This document shows positions 38,956-49,790 of a stretch of DNA of 64,000 nt, one piece after another. This stretch comes from Clostridia bacterium (GTDB lineage: Bacteria > Bacillota > Clostridia > RGIG6154). The first letter of the stretch is position 1. The number at the start of each line of letters is the position of its first letter. The notes under the pieces were generated by a model. The model made no database searches and had not been told where the DNA came from. It worked only from the letters and a program-made list of their open reading frames with translations. The translations under genes and the position numbers were made by a program. The stretch lies in NCBI GenBank assembly GCA_017626145.1, contig JAGAJK010000044.1, positions 24,424 through 88,423 of the forward strand, written 5' to 3'.

Positions 38956-39879
38956 TTACAGACAATCTGTTTTTATAAATTCCTCATCTTCGCTTATCTG
39001 AATAAGGTGATTTCCGATTAATTCAACAGACAACGTCATAGCAAGGCTTGTGCCGAGCTTTTTGTCGTAAATATAATCGTTATGCTCAATTGTAAGGGCA
39101 AATATACCGAATTTTTTTGTAATGCCTGCGTTATAGGTGCTTGTCAATGCCCCTGTAGGATAATACTTTTCTTCGCCCATAAATAAATTGGGAATTTCTG
39201 TAGGGTGCTTTTTATAAAGCTCGCTGTTTATGTGTTTTAATTTATTGGCTATACTTTCAGGCATACCGTCGGAATACGGAAGAAGGTATGCGCCAAGTAC
39301 CACATCGGTTGTTGAATGGCAGTCTATGGCAAAGCAAATATCTTTTGAATACTTTTCTATAAAATTAATTACATTTACCGTTTCTTTTGCTTTCAGTTCA
39401 AAAAAGTCTCGGTTTGCATTAACATGGGCAGCATTATGAGAAAAATTATATCTGTCCTTACTCATCATTTCTTCATATCCGCCTCTTTTACTTATCCCCC
39501 ATATTGAAACCACGGGAACAACCAAAAAACGAACGTTGTCACGAACCTTTGAAAGTCTTTCGTCTTCACGGTTTGCAATCATGGTAAGAACCCTTGCAAG
39601 ACCGAAATACGCATCCGTTTCAATTACGTGAACTCCCGACTGAATGTAGATTGTTTTTGTGTAATTTTCAGGTGCAAATTCATACGCCCACATTTCATAT
39701 TCTCCGCTTGTGTCAAAGCCTATAGAATGTCTTTTTATATAATCGGGATATTTCCTTCTTAACGGTTCATATATTTTTTCAACGAATGTTGGATAATCCC
39801 ACTCAATATTACCAAAGCTACCATCATTACCCAAAATATCAGGCTGAGTTTTTGGTTCCCAAAGCTTGAATTTTTCCAT
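38956..39879 (-). CDS. M14 zinc carboxypeptidase-like hydrolase
   Basis: GVHVIE (HxxE), NANRDF, DCHS and TIE motifs. Confidence 0.7.
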   Translation of the reverse strand: MEKFKLWEPKTQPDILGNDGSFGNIEWDYPTFVEKIYEPLRRKYPDYIKRHSIGFDTSGEYEMWAYEFAPENYTKTIYIQSGVHVIETDAYFGLARVLTMIANREDERLSKVRDNVRFLVVPVVSIWGISKRGGYEEMMSKDRYNFSHNAAHVNANRDFFELKAKETVNVINFIEKYSKDICFAIDCHSTTDVVLGAYLLPYSDGMPESIANKLKHINSELYKKHPTEIPNLFMGEEKYYPTGALTSTYNAGITKKFGIFALTIEHNDYIYDKKLGTSLAMTLSVELIGNHLIQISEDEEFIKTDCL

Positions 39880-40112
39880 TAAAATACCTCCTTTGTAATT
39901 AATTATAAGTATTTTTTATATCAATGTAAACCTATTTTTCGTAACAAAAAGGTAGACTTTTCAAAAGCTTTTATAAATTCTGCAGGTTTTTTCTGTATAC
40001 AGAGGCAGAAACTTTAAATCATTACCTGAAAACAGAGGAATATTTCTTTAAATAATAAAAGTTTCTTTTTATTATTATGAAATAACCGACAAGCAGATGC
40101 TTGTCGGTTATT

Positions 40113-40631
40113 TCATTTGTTCCACAAAACTACTGTATTTTGTTTTAAGGTTTTGGGCATATCTATAAGTCTTTGGTTTTCACTGCCACGGAATTGCAAC
40201 GATATATTTCTTTTTTCCTCTTCATATCTGCCGTCAACAAGGACATCAATAAGTGACAGAATTTCTTCCGTTTCTTTGCAATTTCCACGGCTTTCACCTC
40301 TTAATTCCTCTAACGTAAAACCCGAGAACATCCATATGGTTTTATCAGGATATGTTTCTCTTACACGTTTTAAAAAAGGCAACAATGCTTTCTGATTCTC
40401 AGGTTCAAAGGGTTCACCGCCGAGAACGGTAAGGCCGTGAATATATTCAGGTGCCAAGCTTTCTATTATATCATTTTCAACCGTTTCGTCAAAAACATTG
40501 CCGTAGTCGAAGTCCCACGTAGCCTGATTAAAACAATTTTTGCAATAATTACGGCACCCCGAAACGAACAAAGACACCCTCGTTCCGATACCGTTTGCTA
40601 TATCATACTTTTTTATTTCACCGTAATACAT
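40113..40631 (-). CDS. nrdG: Anaerobic ribonucleotide reductase activating protein
   Basis: DIANGIGTRVSLFVSGCRNYCKNCFN and FRGSENQR motifs; follows nrdD. Confidence 0.95.
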   Translation of the reverse strand: MYYGEIKKYDIANGIGTRVSLFVSGCRNYCKNCFNQATWDFDYGNVFDETVENDIIESLAPEYIHGLTVLGGEPFEPENQKALLPFLKRVRETYPDKTIWMFSGFTLEELRGESRGNCKETEEILSLIDVLVDGRYEEEKRNISLQFRGSENQRLIDMPKTLKQNTVVLWNK

Positions 40632-40646
40632 ATTTTTCTCCATTTG

Positions 40647-40815
40647 TAAGAAGCAAATTGAATTAAACCAAGGATTGCACTAAAATGTTGCAGAATGGAC
40701 GAACCGAATCCCGAAGGCGTATATAGATACGCCGAGTTAGGTGAGGTTCGTACATAACACGCAACAAAACAAAGTTTTGTTGCGTGTGGTCTGGTCATTT
40801 TATGCAATTCTTCTT
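40647..40815. repeat. Structured MITE-like insertion between nrdD and nrdG
   Basis: Terminal inverted repeats AAGAAG..AATTG/CAATT..CTTCTT and TTGCAcTAAAATG/CATTTTATGCAA; hairpins GGCGTAT/ATACGCC and CACGCAACAAAAC/GTTTTGTTGCGTG. Confidence 0.6.
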
Positions 40816-40816
40816 T

Positions 40817-42997
40817 TTATAAGTGTAAAACGCGTTCCTGTATTTCCTGAGTTCTACCCTGATTCCAGTACTGAGTTCCGATATAACCGCAGGTTCTTCT
40901 TGCAACATTCATCTTGGTCTGGTCTGTGTTACCGCAGGAAGGACATTTCCAGATTAATTTTCCGCTTTCGTCCTTTTCGATAACAATTTCTCCATCAAAG
41001 CCGCATTCCTGACAGTAGTCGGATTTGGTGTTAAGCTCTGCGTACATAATGTTATCGTATATAAACTTCATAACATCAAGTACAGCTTCGATATTATTCT
41101 GCATATTAGGTACTTCTACATAGCTTATTGCACCGCCCGGTGAAAGTGCCTGGAACTGAGCTTCAAATGCAAGCTTTGTAAATGCATCAATTTCTTCGGT
41201 TACGTGAACGTGATAGCTGTTTGTTATATAATTCTTATCTGTAATACCTTCGATAATACCGAATCTCTTCTGCAGACATTTTGAGAATTTATATGTTGTT
41301 GACTCAAGAGGTGTACCGTAAAGACTGAAATCAATATTTTCTTTTTCCTTCCAGCTCTTGGTTGCTTTGTTAAGATAATGCATAACCTCTAACGCAAACG
41401 GTGTTGCAGACGGGTCGGTATGTGATTTACCTGTCATATACTTAACGCACTCGTAAAGACCTGCATAGCCAAGTGAAATTGTTGAATATCCGCCGAAGAG
41501 AAGCTTATCGATAGTTTCACCCTTTTCAAGACGTGCAAGTGCACCGTACTGCCACAAAATAGGTGCGGCATCAGAAAGTGTTCCTTTAAGTCTGTTATGA
41601 CGGCACATCAATGCTCTGTAGCAAAGGTCAAGTCTTTCGTCAAATATTTTCCAGAAATTCTGCATATCTCCGCCTGAAGAAAGAGCAATATCAACTAAGT
41701 TAATTGTTACAACGCCCTGGTTGAATCTGCCGTAATATTTCGGCTTGTTTGTTTCAGGGTCAACATAAGGTGTTAAGAATGAACGGCAACCCATACAGGT
41801 ATAGCAATGACCTTCGCCGTTTTTATCAACCTTTAACTTAAGCATCATTTTTTCCGAAATATAATCGGGAACCATTCTTTTTGCGGTACATTTTGCCGCA
41901 AGCTCTGTCAGGTAATAATATTTTGAATCCTTATGAATATTATCCTCTTCAAGAACATAAATAAGCTTTGGGAATGCAGGAGTGATTCTTACGCCTGCTT
42001 CATTTTTAACGCCCTGAATTCTCTGATTGAGCATTTCTTCGATTATCATTGATAAATCGTGACGGAGCTGATCGTTTTCAGCTTCACCCAAATACATATA
42101 AACAGTAACGAAAGGTGCCTGACCGTTGGTTGTCATTAATGTTACAACCTGATACTGAATCATCTGACAGCCTTTTTCAATCTCGCTGCGAAGTCTTTTC
42201 TCAACGATTTCGTTTATAACATCCTCTGAAGGATTGCTTCCCATAAGCTTGATTTCTTCAAGCACGCTTGTACGGATTTTTTTACGGCTTACATCAACAA
42301 ACGGTGCTAAATGCGTAAGTGAAATACTCTGACCGCCGTACTGACTTGATGCAACCTGAGCTATAATCTGAGTTGCAATGTTGCAGGCTGTTGAAAAGCT
42401 GTGAGGTGTTTCAATCATTGTGCCCGAAATAACTGTTCCGTTCTGAAGCATATCCTCTAAATTTACAAGGTCGCAGTTATGCATATGCTGTGCAAAATAG
42501 TCGGCATCGTGAAAATGGATAATACCGCTTTCGTGAGCTTCCACTATATCTTGTGGCAGAAGCACACGCTTCGTTATATCCTTACTTACCTCACCTGCCA
42601 TATAGTCACGCTGAACGCTGTTAACAGTTGGGTTCTTATTGGAATTTTCCTGCTTTACCTCTTCATTGTTACACTCTATTAATGAAAGAATCTGCTCGTC
42701 TGTTGTGTTTGACTTACGAACCAATGCTCTGTTATATCTGTATGTAATATACTTTCTTGCAACATTATATGCGTTTCTCTTCATTATTTCATTTTCTACA
42801 AGGTCCTGAATTTCTTCAACACCAAGTGCACGGTGCATATATCCGCACTTTTCTTCTATTATTGCTGCAATTTCACGTATATCATCAGCTGACAATCTTT
42901 CATTCTCGGCAACACTGTTGTTTGCCTTGGTAATAGCCAGTATAATTTTGCTTATGTCAAAAACTGCTTCTGAACCGCTTCTTTTTATAATTTTCAT
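40817..42997 (-). CDS. nrdD: Anaerobic ribonucleoside-triphosphate reductase
   Basis: N-terminal ATP cone, HNC, MGCRS, YITNS, two CxxC motifs and the RRTCGY glycyl loop. Confidence 0.97.
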   Translation of the reverse strand: MKIIKRSGSEAVFDISKIILAITKANNSVAENERLSADDIREIAAIIEEKCGYMHRALGVEEIQDLVENEIMKRNAYNVARKYITYRYNRALVRKSNTTDEQILSLIECNNEEVKQENSNKNPTVNSVQRDYMAGEVSKDITKRVLLPQDIVEAHESGIIHFHDADYFAQHMHNCDLVNLEDMLQNGTVISGTMIETPHSFSTACNIATQIIAQVASSQYGGQSISLTHLAPFVDVSRKKIRTSVLEEIKLMGSNPSEDVINEIVEKRLRSEIEKGCQMIQYQVVTLMTTNGQAPFVTVYMYLGEAENDQLRHDLSMIIEEMLNQRIQGVKNEAGVRITPAFPKLIYVLEEDNIHKDSKYYYLTELAAKCTAKRMVPDYISEKMMLKLKVDKNGEGHCYTCMGCRSFLTPYVDPETNKPKYYGRFNQGVVTINLVDIALSSGGDMQNFWKIFDERLDLCYRALMCRHNRLKGTLSDAAPILWQYGALARLEKGETIDKLLFGGYSTISLGYAGLYECVKYMTGKSHTDPSATPFALEVMHYLNKATKSWKEKENIDFSLYGTPLESTTYKFSKCLQKRFGIIEGITDKNYITNSYHVHVTEEIDAFTKLAFEAQFQALSPGGAISYVEVPNMQNNIEAVLDVMKFIYDNIMYAELNTKSDYCQECGFDGEIVIEKDESGKLIWKCPSCGNTDQTKMNVARRTCGYIGTQYWNQGRTQEIQERVLHL

Positions 42998-43102
42998 TTT
43001 TCTTCTCCTCTCTTTTTTCCTTTTATTATATATGTAAAAAATAATTTTAGTTTATCATAGGGAACAGAAATAAAAGATTCTGTTCCCTATAGGTGCTTTA
43101 TC

Positions 43103-43131
43103 ATTATAATATGAATCGATATGTTTGTCAA
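43103..43131 (-). promoter_or_regulatory. Sigma-A promoter of nrdD
   Basis: Perfect TTGACA-N17-TATAAT. Confidence 0.85.
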
Positions 43132-43180
43132 CAACTTTTCCACAAAATTTTGTGTTTTTTTGAAAAAACTTTTACTGCAA

Positions 43181-43198
43181 CCACAAGATATAGTTGTG
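43181..43198. promoter_or_regulatory. NrdR box
   Basis: CCACAAGATATAGTTGTG resembles the acaC(A/T)AtATaT(A/T)Gtgt consensus and lies upstream of nrdD. Confidence 0.65.
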
Positions 43199-43338
43199 CC
43201 AAATTTTTCCAATTTGTCTCTAACACTATTCACAATCACGAAAAACAGCTTTTTTTGTCGAAAGTCAAAGAAGGTCAAAATTATTTTAAAAAAAACACTT
43301 GACAAAACTAAAATTACGTTGTATTATATATACAGAAT

Positions 43339-43365
43339 TTAGCACTCACCAACATCGAGTGCTAA
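43339..43365 (+). promoter_or_regulatory. CIRCE element (HrcA operator)
   Basis: Perfect TTAGCACTC-N9-GAGTGCTAA downstream of a TTGACA promoter. Confidence 0.97.
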
Positions 43366-43381
43366 CAAAAGGAAGGTCAGT

Positions 43382-44425
43382 ATGCTTGATAACAGAAAAA
43401 AACAGATTCTGCAGGCAATAGTAGATAATTATATAGATACTGCTGAACCTGTAGGCTCAAGAACAATTGAAAAAAAATATCAGTTAGGGTTAAGCTCTGC
43501 TACAATTCGTAACGAAATGGCTGACCTTGAGGAGCTTGGTTATCTTATGCAGCCTCACACGTCTGCAGGCAGAGTTCCTTCCCTCACAGGGTATCAGCTT
43601 TATGTTGACGAGCTTATGACACAGTACAGCCTTACTTTAGAGGAAATCGGTGTTTTAAAATCCGTTATGGAGGAAAAATTTGATTATCTTGAAAAGATAA
43701 TTTCAAAAGCTTCGGGCATCATGTCCGACCTTACGAATTACACCTCCGTGGTTATGGGGCCTAAGATTAAAAAGGATTCAATAAAAAACATTCGTCTTAT
43801 CCCTGTTGATTCACAAATAATACTTGCTGTCATCGTAACAAATGAAGGTATTATAAAGGATAAGAAAATCAGACTTCGTCACATTTCCGATTTTGAGGGA
43901 ATTGAAAGACTCGAAAAAGCAATAAACTCGCATCTGGCAGGTATTGAATCTACCGAAATAACAATGGACAGAGTTGTTCGTCTTGTTAATGAGGCAAAAG
44001 TGTCTGATGATATTACCATCGCTGTTTTAGAGTTTATTAAGGAATGTATTACATCCCAGTCAAAGGATGATTTATATGTTAACGGCTCGGCAAACATCTT
44101 AGCTTTTCCGGAGTATTCGGATGTTTCAAAAGCAAAAGACTTTTTAAATTTTGTAGGCGATAAGGAAAATATGATGCTTGCCATTTCCCAGAGCGCATCT
44201 GAAGCCGGTGATATTTCAATAAAAATAGGCGGTCAGGACGGAAATGCAGATTACAGCATTATAACTTCAAAATACAAAATCGGAGACAGTATGGAAGGCG
44301 TTATCGGACTGATAGGACCGGTAAGAATGGATTACAAAAAAGCCGTATCGGTAATGAAAAGCGTTACTGATATGATAAATAATAAAATGCTTGAAATAAC
44401 CAAGAAGGAGGATGGTCATGAGTAA
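43382..44425 (+). CDS. hrcA: Heat-inducible transcription repressor
   Basis: EPVGS, SSATIRNEM, PHTSAGRVP and IGPVRMDY motifs. Confidence 0.97.
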   Translation: MLDNRKKQILQAIVDNYIDTAEPVGSRTIEKKYQLGLSSATIRNEMADLEELGYLMQPHTSAGRVPSLTGYQLYVDELMTQYSLTLEEIGVLKSVMEEKFDYLEKIISKASGIMSDLTNYTSVVMGPKIKKDSIKNIRLIPVDSQIILAVIVTNEGIIKDKKIRLRHISDFEGIERLEKAINSHLAGIESTEITMDRVVRLVNEAKVSDDITIAVLEFIKECITSQSKDDLYVNGSANILAFPEYSDVSKAKDFLNFVGDKENMMLAISQSASEAGDISIKIGGQDGNADYSIITSKYKIGDSMEGVIGLIGPVRMDYKKAVSVMKSVTDMINNKMLEITKKEDGHE

Positions 44426-44948
44426 GAAAAAAGCAACTGAAGAGCAGCCCGAAAAGGAAGCAACAGAAGAAATGACAGAAGAGACTGCTAAAGAAACCTC
44501 TGACGAAGCTGCCTGTGTCAAGGAAGAAAAAGATGACTGGCAGGACAAATACTTAAGACTTTTCGCAGAATTTGATAATTATAAAAAAAGAACACAAAAG
44601 GAAACACTCGCCTCCTACGGCAACGGTGTTGCAGATACTGCCGAAAAGCTGCTTGCAATTATCGACAACTTTGAAAGAGCAATTGATGCAATTGAAGAGG
44701 GCGATAATTCACCTTTAGCAGAGGGTGTAAAAATGATTTACAAACAATTCAAAGAAACCTTTACCGGTATGGGTATTTCAGAAATACCTGCACTTGGTGA
44801 ACAGTTTGACCCGAATGTTCACAATGCAGTTATGCATATTGATGATGAAAATTACGGAGAAAACGAAATTGTTGAAGTGTTTATGAAGGGCTACAAATAC
44901 AAGGACAGCAAGGTATTGCGTCACAGTATGGTTAAGGTAGCAAACTAA
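44418..44948 (+). CDS. grpE: Nucleotide exchange factor GrpE
   Basis: AEFDNYKKR, FDPNVHNAV and LRHSMVKV motifs. Confidence 0.97.
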   Translation: MSKKKATEEQPEKEATEEMTEETAKETSDEAACVKEEKDDWQDKYLRLFAEFDNYKKRTQKETLASYGNGVADTAEKLLAIIDNFERAIDAIEEGDNSPLAEGVKMIYKQFKETFTGMGISEIPALGEQFDPNVHNAVMHIDDENYGENEIVEVFMKGYKYKDSKVLRHSMVKVAN

Positions 44949-44977
44949 TGGAATTTAAGAAAGGTTAGGTAAATGTT

Positions 44978-46789
44978 ATGGGTAAAATTATTGGTATTGA
45001 CTTAGGTACAACAAACTCATGTGTAGCTGTTATGGAAGGCGGCGAAGCTACAGTTATAACAAACTCGGAAGGTGCAAGAACAACTCCGTCTGTTGTTGCT
45101 TTCACAAAGGATTCAGAAAGACTTGTAGGTCAGGTTGCTAAGCGTCAGGCTATCACAAATCCAGACAGAACAATTATCTCAATTAAAAGAGATATGGGTA
45201 CAAACAGAAAGGTAACCGTTGACGATAAGCAGTATTCACCTCAGGAAATTTCTGCTATGGTTCTTCAAAAATTAAAGGCTGATGCTGAAAGCTATTTAGG
45301 TGAAACTGTTACAGAAGCAGTTATTACAGTTCCTGCATATTTTTCAGACTCACAGCGTCAGGCAACAAAGGACGCAGGTAAAATTGCAGGTCTTGATGTT
45401 AAGAGAATTATAAATGAACCAACAGCAGCTGCTCTTGCTTACGGTCTTGACAAGGACAACGGCGAAAAGATTATGGTATATGACCTTGGCGGCGGTACCT
45501 TTGATGTGTCAATCTTAGAAATCGGCGACGGTGTATTCGAAGTTCTTGCAACTAACGGTGATACACGTCTCGGCGGTGATGACTTTGATGAAAAGATCAT
45601 AAACTACCTTGCAAACGAATTCAAGAAGGATAACGGAATTGACCTTCTTAATGACAAGATGGCAGTTCAGAGACTTAAGGAAGCTGCAGAAAAAGCTAAA
45701 ATCGAGCTTTCATCAGCAATGACAACAAATGTAAATCTTCCGTTTATTTCTGCTGATGCTACAGGTCCTAAGCATCTGGATGTTACAATTTCAAGAGCTA
45801 AATTTGACGAGCTTACAGCTGACCTTGTTAACAGAACAATTGAACCTACAAAGAACGCATTAAAGGATGCAGGTCTTTCTGCAAGTGATGTTCAGAAGGT
45901 TATCTTAGTAGGTGGTTCTTCAAGAATCCCTGCTGTACAGGAAGCTGTTAAGAATCTTATGGGTAAAGAACCTCACAAGGGCATCAACCCTGACGAATGC
46001 GTTGCAGTAGGTGCTGCAATTCAGGGCGGTGTATTAGGTGGCGACGTTAAGGGTCTTCTTCTCTTAGACGTTACTCCCCTTTCACTTGGTATTGAAACCT
46101 TAGGCGGTGTTTGCACAAAGCTTATTGAAAGAAATACAACCATTCCTACCAAGAAGAGCCAGATTTTCTCAACAGCGGCAGATAATCAGCCTGCAGTTGA
46201 AATTCACGTTCTTCAGGGTGAAAGAGAAATGGCTGCAGACAACAAAACTCTCGGTAACTTCCAGCTTACAGGTATTGCTCCCGCTCCAAGAGGTGTACCA
46301 CAGATTGAAGTTACATTTGATATCGATGCTAACGGTATTGTTAATGTTTCAGCTAAAGACCTTGGCACAGGTGTTGAACAGAAGATTACTATTACGGCTT
46401 CAACAAATCTTTCTGATGAAGACATTGACAAGGCTGTAAAGGAAGCTGAAAAGTTCGCTGAGGAAGACAAGAAGAAAAAAGAAGGCATTGAAGTAAGAAA
46501 TCAGGCAGATTCACTTGTTTATCAGTCAGAAAAGACATTAGGTGAAGTTGGCGACAAATTAACAGATGAAGAAAAAGCTAAAATTCAGGCTGAAATCGAT
46601 AAGCTTAAAGAAGCTTTAAAGGGTACTGATACAGATGCTATCAAGGCTCAGACAGAAGCTGTTACAAAAGCTCTTTATGAGGTATCTTCAAAGATTTACC
46701 AGCAGCCGGGTGCAGAAGGAATGGATCCTAACGCACAGGCAGGCGGAGCACAGACCGAGGCTAATGGCGAAGTAGTTGACGACGAATAA
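44978..46789 (+). CDS. dnaK: Chaperone DnaK
   Basis: [17 protein letters not shown] and LDVTPLSLG motifs. Confidence 0.99.
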   Translation: MGKIIGIDLGTTNSCVAVMEGGEATVITNSEGARTTPSVVAFTKDSERLVGQVAKRQAITNPDRTIISIKRDMGTNRKVTVDDKQYSPQEISAMVLQKLKADAESYLGETVTEAVITVPAYFSDSQRQATKDAGKIAGLDVKRIINEPTAAALAYGLDKDNGEKIMVYDLGGGTFDVSILEIGDGVFEVLATNGDTRLGGDDFDEKIINYLANEFKKDNGIDLLNDKMAVQRLKEAAEKAKIELSSAMTTNVNLPFISADATGPKHLDVTISRAKFDELTADLVNRTIEPTKNALKDAGLSASDVQKVILVGGSSRIPAVQEAVKNLMGKEPHKGINPDECVAVGAAIQGGVLGGDVKGLLLLDVTPLSLGIETLGGVCTKLIERNTTIPTKKSQIFSTAADNQPAVEIHVLQGEREMAADNKTLGNFQLTGIAPAPRGVPQIEVTFDIDANGIVNVSAKDLGTGVEQKITITASTNLSDEDIDKAVKEAEKFAEEDKKKKEGIEVRNQADSLVYQSEKTLGEVGDKLTDEEKAKIQAEIDKLKEALKGTDTDAIKAQTEAVTKALYEVSSKIYQQPGAEGMDPNAQAGGAQTEANGEVVDDE

Positions 46790-46862
46790 TTAATACATTT
46801 CTTATCGGGCATACGGGTTTTACTCCTATGCCCGAAAGATGTAATAAGAAAGGCAAAATTTT

Positions 46863-47999
46863 ATGGCAGATAAAAGAGATTGTTACGAAATTCTCGGCGT
46901 AAGCAAGGGTGCAAGCGACGATGAGATAAAAAAAGCCTTCAGACAGCAGGCTAAAAAATACCATCCCGACCTTAACCCTGATAATAAGGAAGCGGAGGAA
47001 AAGTTCAAAGAGGTCAACGAAGCTTATGAAATTCTTTCCGACCCCGAAAAGAAATCGCGTTACGACCAGTTCGGTTATGCAGGTGTAGACCCCTCGTACG
47101 GTCAGGGTCAGGGCGGCTTTGGCGGTGCCGGCGGTTTTGGTGGTTTTGGTGGCGGCTTCGGAGATATTTTCGACACATTCTTCGGCGGTAGCTTTGGCGG
47201 CGGTTCAAACACCAATGCTCCAAGACAGGGCAGTGATATTGAAATTACTGCAGATATCACCTTTGAAGAAGCGGCTTTCGGTGTGAAAAAAGAGCTTAGC
47301 TTTAAACGTATTGAGGTTTGCTCAGAATGTAATGGCAGCGGTGCTGCAAAAGGAACCCAGCCTGAAACCTGTCCCGAATGTCACGGCACAGGTCAGATAA
47401 AAAGAATGCGCCAGACTATGCTTGGTAATATGATGACTCAAAGCCCGTGTACACGATGCGGAGGAAAGGGTAAAATTGTTAAAACTCCCTGCTCAGCCTG
47501 CAACGGTCAGGGCAGAGCTCAGAAAAACAAGAAAATCCGTCTCGATATTCCTGAGGGTATTGACAACGGTCAGTATCTGCAGAAGCGCGGATTCGGTAAT
47601 GCAGGTGCAAACGGCGGTCCTTACGGTGATTTGCTTATCGGCATAAGAATCAAGCCTCACGAGTTGTTTAAAAGAAAAGGTGCAGACGTTTACTGTGAAA
47701 TGCCTATCGATTTTGTTGAAGCGGCTTTGGGTGCTGAAATTGATGTACCTACAATTCACGGTAAAATCAAGCATAAAATTCCCGAAGGCACTCAGTCAGG
47801 AACAAGCTTTATAATTAAAGGTAAGGGCATCAAAAAAATGCTCGGAAAGGGTGACCACATTTTTAAGGTAAATGTAGATGTACCAAGAAACCTTTCTTCA
47901 AAGCAGAAGGATTTGCTCCGTCAGTTCCAGGCTCTTGACGAAGGAAACAACTTAAACAAAAACAACTTTTTTGAAAAAATGAAAAATATATTCAAATAA
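46863..47999 (+). CDS. dnaJ: Chaperone DnaJ
   Basis: HPD motif, G/F-rich linker and four CxxCxGxG repeats. Confidence 0.98.
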   Translation: MADKRDCYEILGVSKGASDDEIKKAFRQQAKKYHPDLNPDNKEAEEKFKEVNEAYEILSDPEKKSRYDQFGYAGVDPSYGQGQGGFGGAGGFGGFGGGFGDIFDTFFGGSFGGGSNTNAPRQGSDIEITADITFEEAAFGVKKELSFKRIEVCSECNGSGAAKGTQPETCPECHGTGQIKRMRQTMLGNMMTQSPCTRCGGKGKIVKTPCSACNGQGRAQKNKKIRLDIPEGIDNGQYLQKRGFGNAGANGGPYGDLLIGIRIKPHELFKRKGADVYCEMPIDFVEAALGAEIDVPTIHGKIKHKIPEGTQSGTSFIIKGKGIKKMLGKGDHIFKVNVDVPRNLSSKQKDLLRQFQALDEGNNLNKNNFFEKMKNIFK

Positions 48000-48061
48000 A
48001 AAACAATAACGGCTGTTGTCTGTAAAATTACAGCCGTTTTTTGCGTGATAAGGAGAAGAAT

Positions 48062-49027
48062 ATGAACTGGACAGAAGTTGCAATAGAAACTAACAGCGAC
48101 GGAATAGAAACCTTAACGGGAAATCTTTTAAATATAGGTATCACAGGTATCAGAATTGAAAATTCCGACGATTTTAACGAGTTTTTAGAGGGTACTGAAA
48201 TTTACTGGGACTACGTTGACGAAAGTCTTATGTATCTTAAGGACGCCCCTACTAAGGTTATTTTATATCTTCCTGAAAATTCACAGGGAATGGATATGAT
48301 GTCTTCCCTTAAAAATGTTCTTGAAGAGCTTAAGAAAGAAGAAAAATACGGTAGTCTTGAAATGACCGTTAACAACGTAAAGGAAGAGGACTGGGAAAAT
48401 AACTGGAAGCAGTTTTTTAAGCCAATAAAAATCGGTGACAGATTTCTTATAAAGCCGTCCTGGGAAAAGACTGATAATCCGGATAACAGGAAAATCCTTG
48501 AAATTGACCCGGGTATGAGCTTTGGAACAGGTACCCACGAAACCACACGTCTCTGTCTTGAGACAATGGAAAAGTTCGACCTTAACAACAAAGAGGTTTT
48601 AGACCTTGGATGCGGAAGCGGTATTTTGTCTATAGGGGCTCTTTTATTAGGTGCAAAGCACGTTAATATGGTTGATATTGACGCTAACAGCACAAGAATA
48701 GCAAAGGAAAACACCTCTCTAAACGGATTTAATGAAAATTGCTACAACGTATACTGTGGTAATATCATCCAGGACAAAGCTCTTTGCGATACTTTAGGCT
48801 ACAAAAAGTATGATGTAATTTTTGCAAACATTGTTGCAGATGTGTTAAAAGCAATGAGCGGTCAGTTTGGTGAATTTTTAAAGGATGACGGAACCTTGAT
48901 TGTTTCGGGAATAATTATAGAAAGGAAGCAGGAGGTTGAAGATGCTATCATCGAAAAGGGCTTCGAGGTTATAAAAAATTACAACGAAGGCTCCTGGGCA
49001 AGCATCAGCTTCAGAAAAAAATTATGA
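48062..49027 (+). CDS. prmA: Ribosomal protein L11 methyltransferase
   Basis: IDPGMSFGTGTHETT and DLGCGSGIL motifs. Confidence 0.96.
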   Translation: MNWTEVAIETNSDGIETLTGNLLNIGITGIRIENSDDFNEFLEGTEIYWDYVDESLMYLKDAPTKVILYLPENSQGMDMMSSLKNVLEELKKEEKYGSLEMTVNNVKEEDWENNWKQFFKPIKIGDRFLIKPSWEKTDNPDNRKILEIDPGMSFGTGTHETTRLCLETMEKFDLNNKEVLDLGCGSGILSIGALLLGAKHVNMVDIDANSTRIAKENTSLNGFNENCYNVYCGNIIQDKALCDTLGYKKYDVIFANIVADVLKAMSGQFGEFLKDDGTLIVSGIIIERKQEVEDAIIEKGFEVIKNYNEGSWASISFRKKL

Positions 49028-49236
49028 AAATAAGAACTATATCGGGAATTTTTAAAATAATACTTGCAATTTTGATTGTTACCGCTTCTTTTGCTTCAAT
49101 CGGACCTCATAGGCCTCTTTCAATATGGGTAGGCTTTGTTGTTGCAGTCCCTGTTGTGTTATGGGGCGTGCTTGATTTTGTTAAAAAGCCTGAAAATACA
49201 GAGGTTGAACAGGAGAATGAAAATGACGGTAAATGA
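49024..49236 (+). CDS. Small two-TM membrane protein
   Basis: ATGA overlap with prmA; two hydrophobic stretches. Confidence 0.65.
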   Translation: MKIRTISGIFKIILAILIVTASFASIGPHRPLSIWVGFVVAVPVVLWGVLDFVKKPENTEVEQENENDGK

Positions 49237-49741
49237 TTTTTATAAACGTGTTTACAGCTTGTTTGACGATGTTACTCCCCTCTCAAAGGATTGCGGAGTT
49301 CTTTGTGACCACGCCTGCTGTAAGGACGGTGACGAGGAAACAGGAATGCTTTTGTTTCCTCACGAGGAAGAATTTTTAAAGAATGCAGACTTTGGCAGAA
49401 TAGAAAATACTGCCTGTGAATACGGTGAAACCCAAAGTTCCAAAATATTCTTTTGCAACAGATGCAACCGCTCACTTCGACCGCTTGCCTGCAGAATTTT
49501 TCCTCTGATGCCTTATAAAAAAGAAGGTAGCCCTTTAAAAATTGTTATGAATCCTATGGCTAAAAGAATGTGTCCACTTGCACGAAGCTTAAAGGTAAAA
49601 CAGCTTGAACCGCAATTTATAAAGAATGTACGAAAAGCTATGAACAATATTTTAAAGCTTGAAGACGGTGAGGATTACATAATAATGCTTTCTGAAATTG
49701 CAGATGAATATAACGATATGCAGAAAAGCTTTTTAAAATAA
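49223..49741 (+). CDS. YkgJ-like cysteine-cluster (Zn/Fe) protein
   Basis: CGVLCDHACC, RPLACRIFP and CPL motifs; AGGAG RBS. Confidence 0.7.
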   Translation: MTVNDFYKRVYSLFDDVTPLSKDCGVLCDHACCKDGDEETGMLLFPHEEEFLKNADFGRIENTACEYGETQSSKIFFCNRCNRSLRPLACRIFPLMPYKKEGSPLKIVMNPMAKRMCPLARSLKVKQLEPQFIKNVRKAMNNILKLEDGEDYIIMLSEIADEYNDMQKSFLK

Positions 49742-49790
49742 ACAAGAGAGCAGCAGCAAAGCGGATTTCGTTTTGCTGCTGCTCTTTTAA

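Noticed and set aside
40113-40631. nrdG as the activase for GRE1 or GRE2
   Set aside because: It is a typical short NrdG directly after nrdD. Activases are generally partner-specific and nothing in the sequence supports cross-activation.
40817-42997. Intron or intein in nrdD
   Set aside because: The ORF is continuous, of normal length, and shows no splicing motifs.
47100-47205. GGC/GGT-rich repeats
   Set aside because: They encode the normal G/F-rich linker of DnaJ.
48211-48714. Long antisense ORFs (this one and similar ones inside GH38, uppP, dnaK and the Na/Pi gene)
   Set aside because: They are shadow frames of well-supported genes, with no RBS or motifs.
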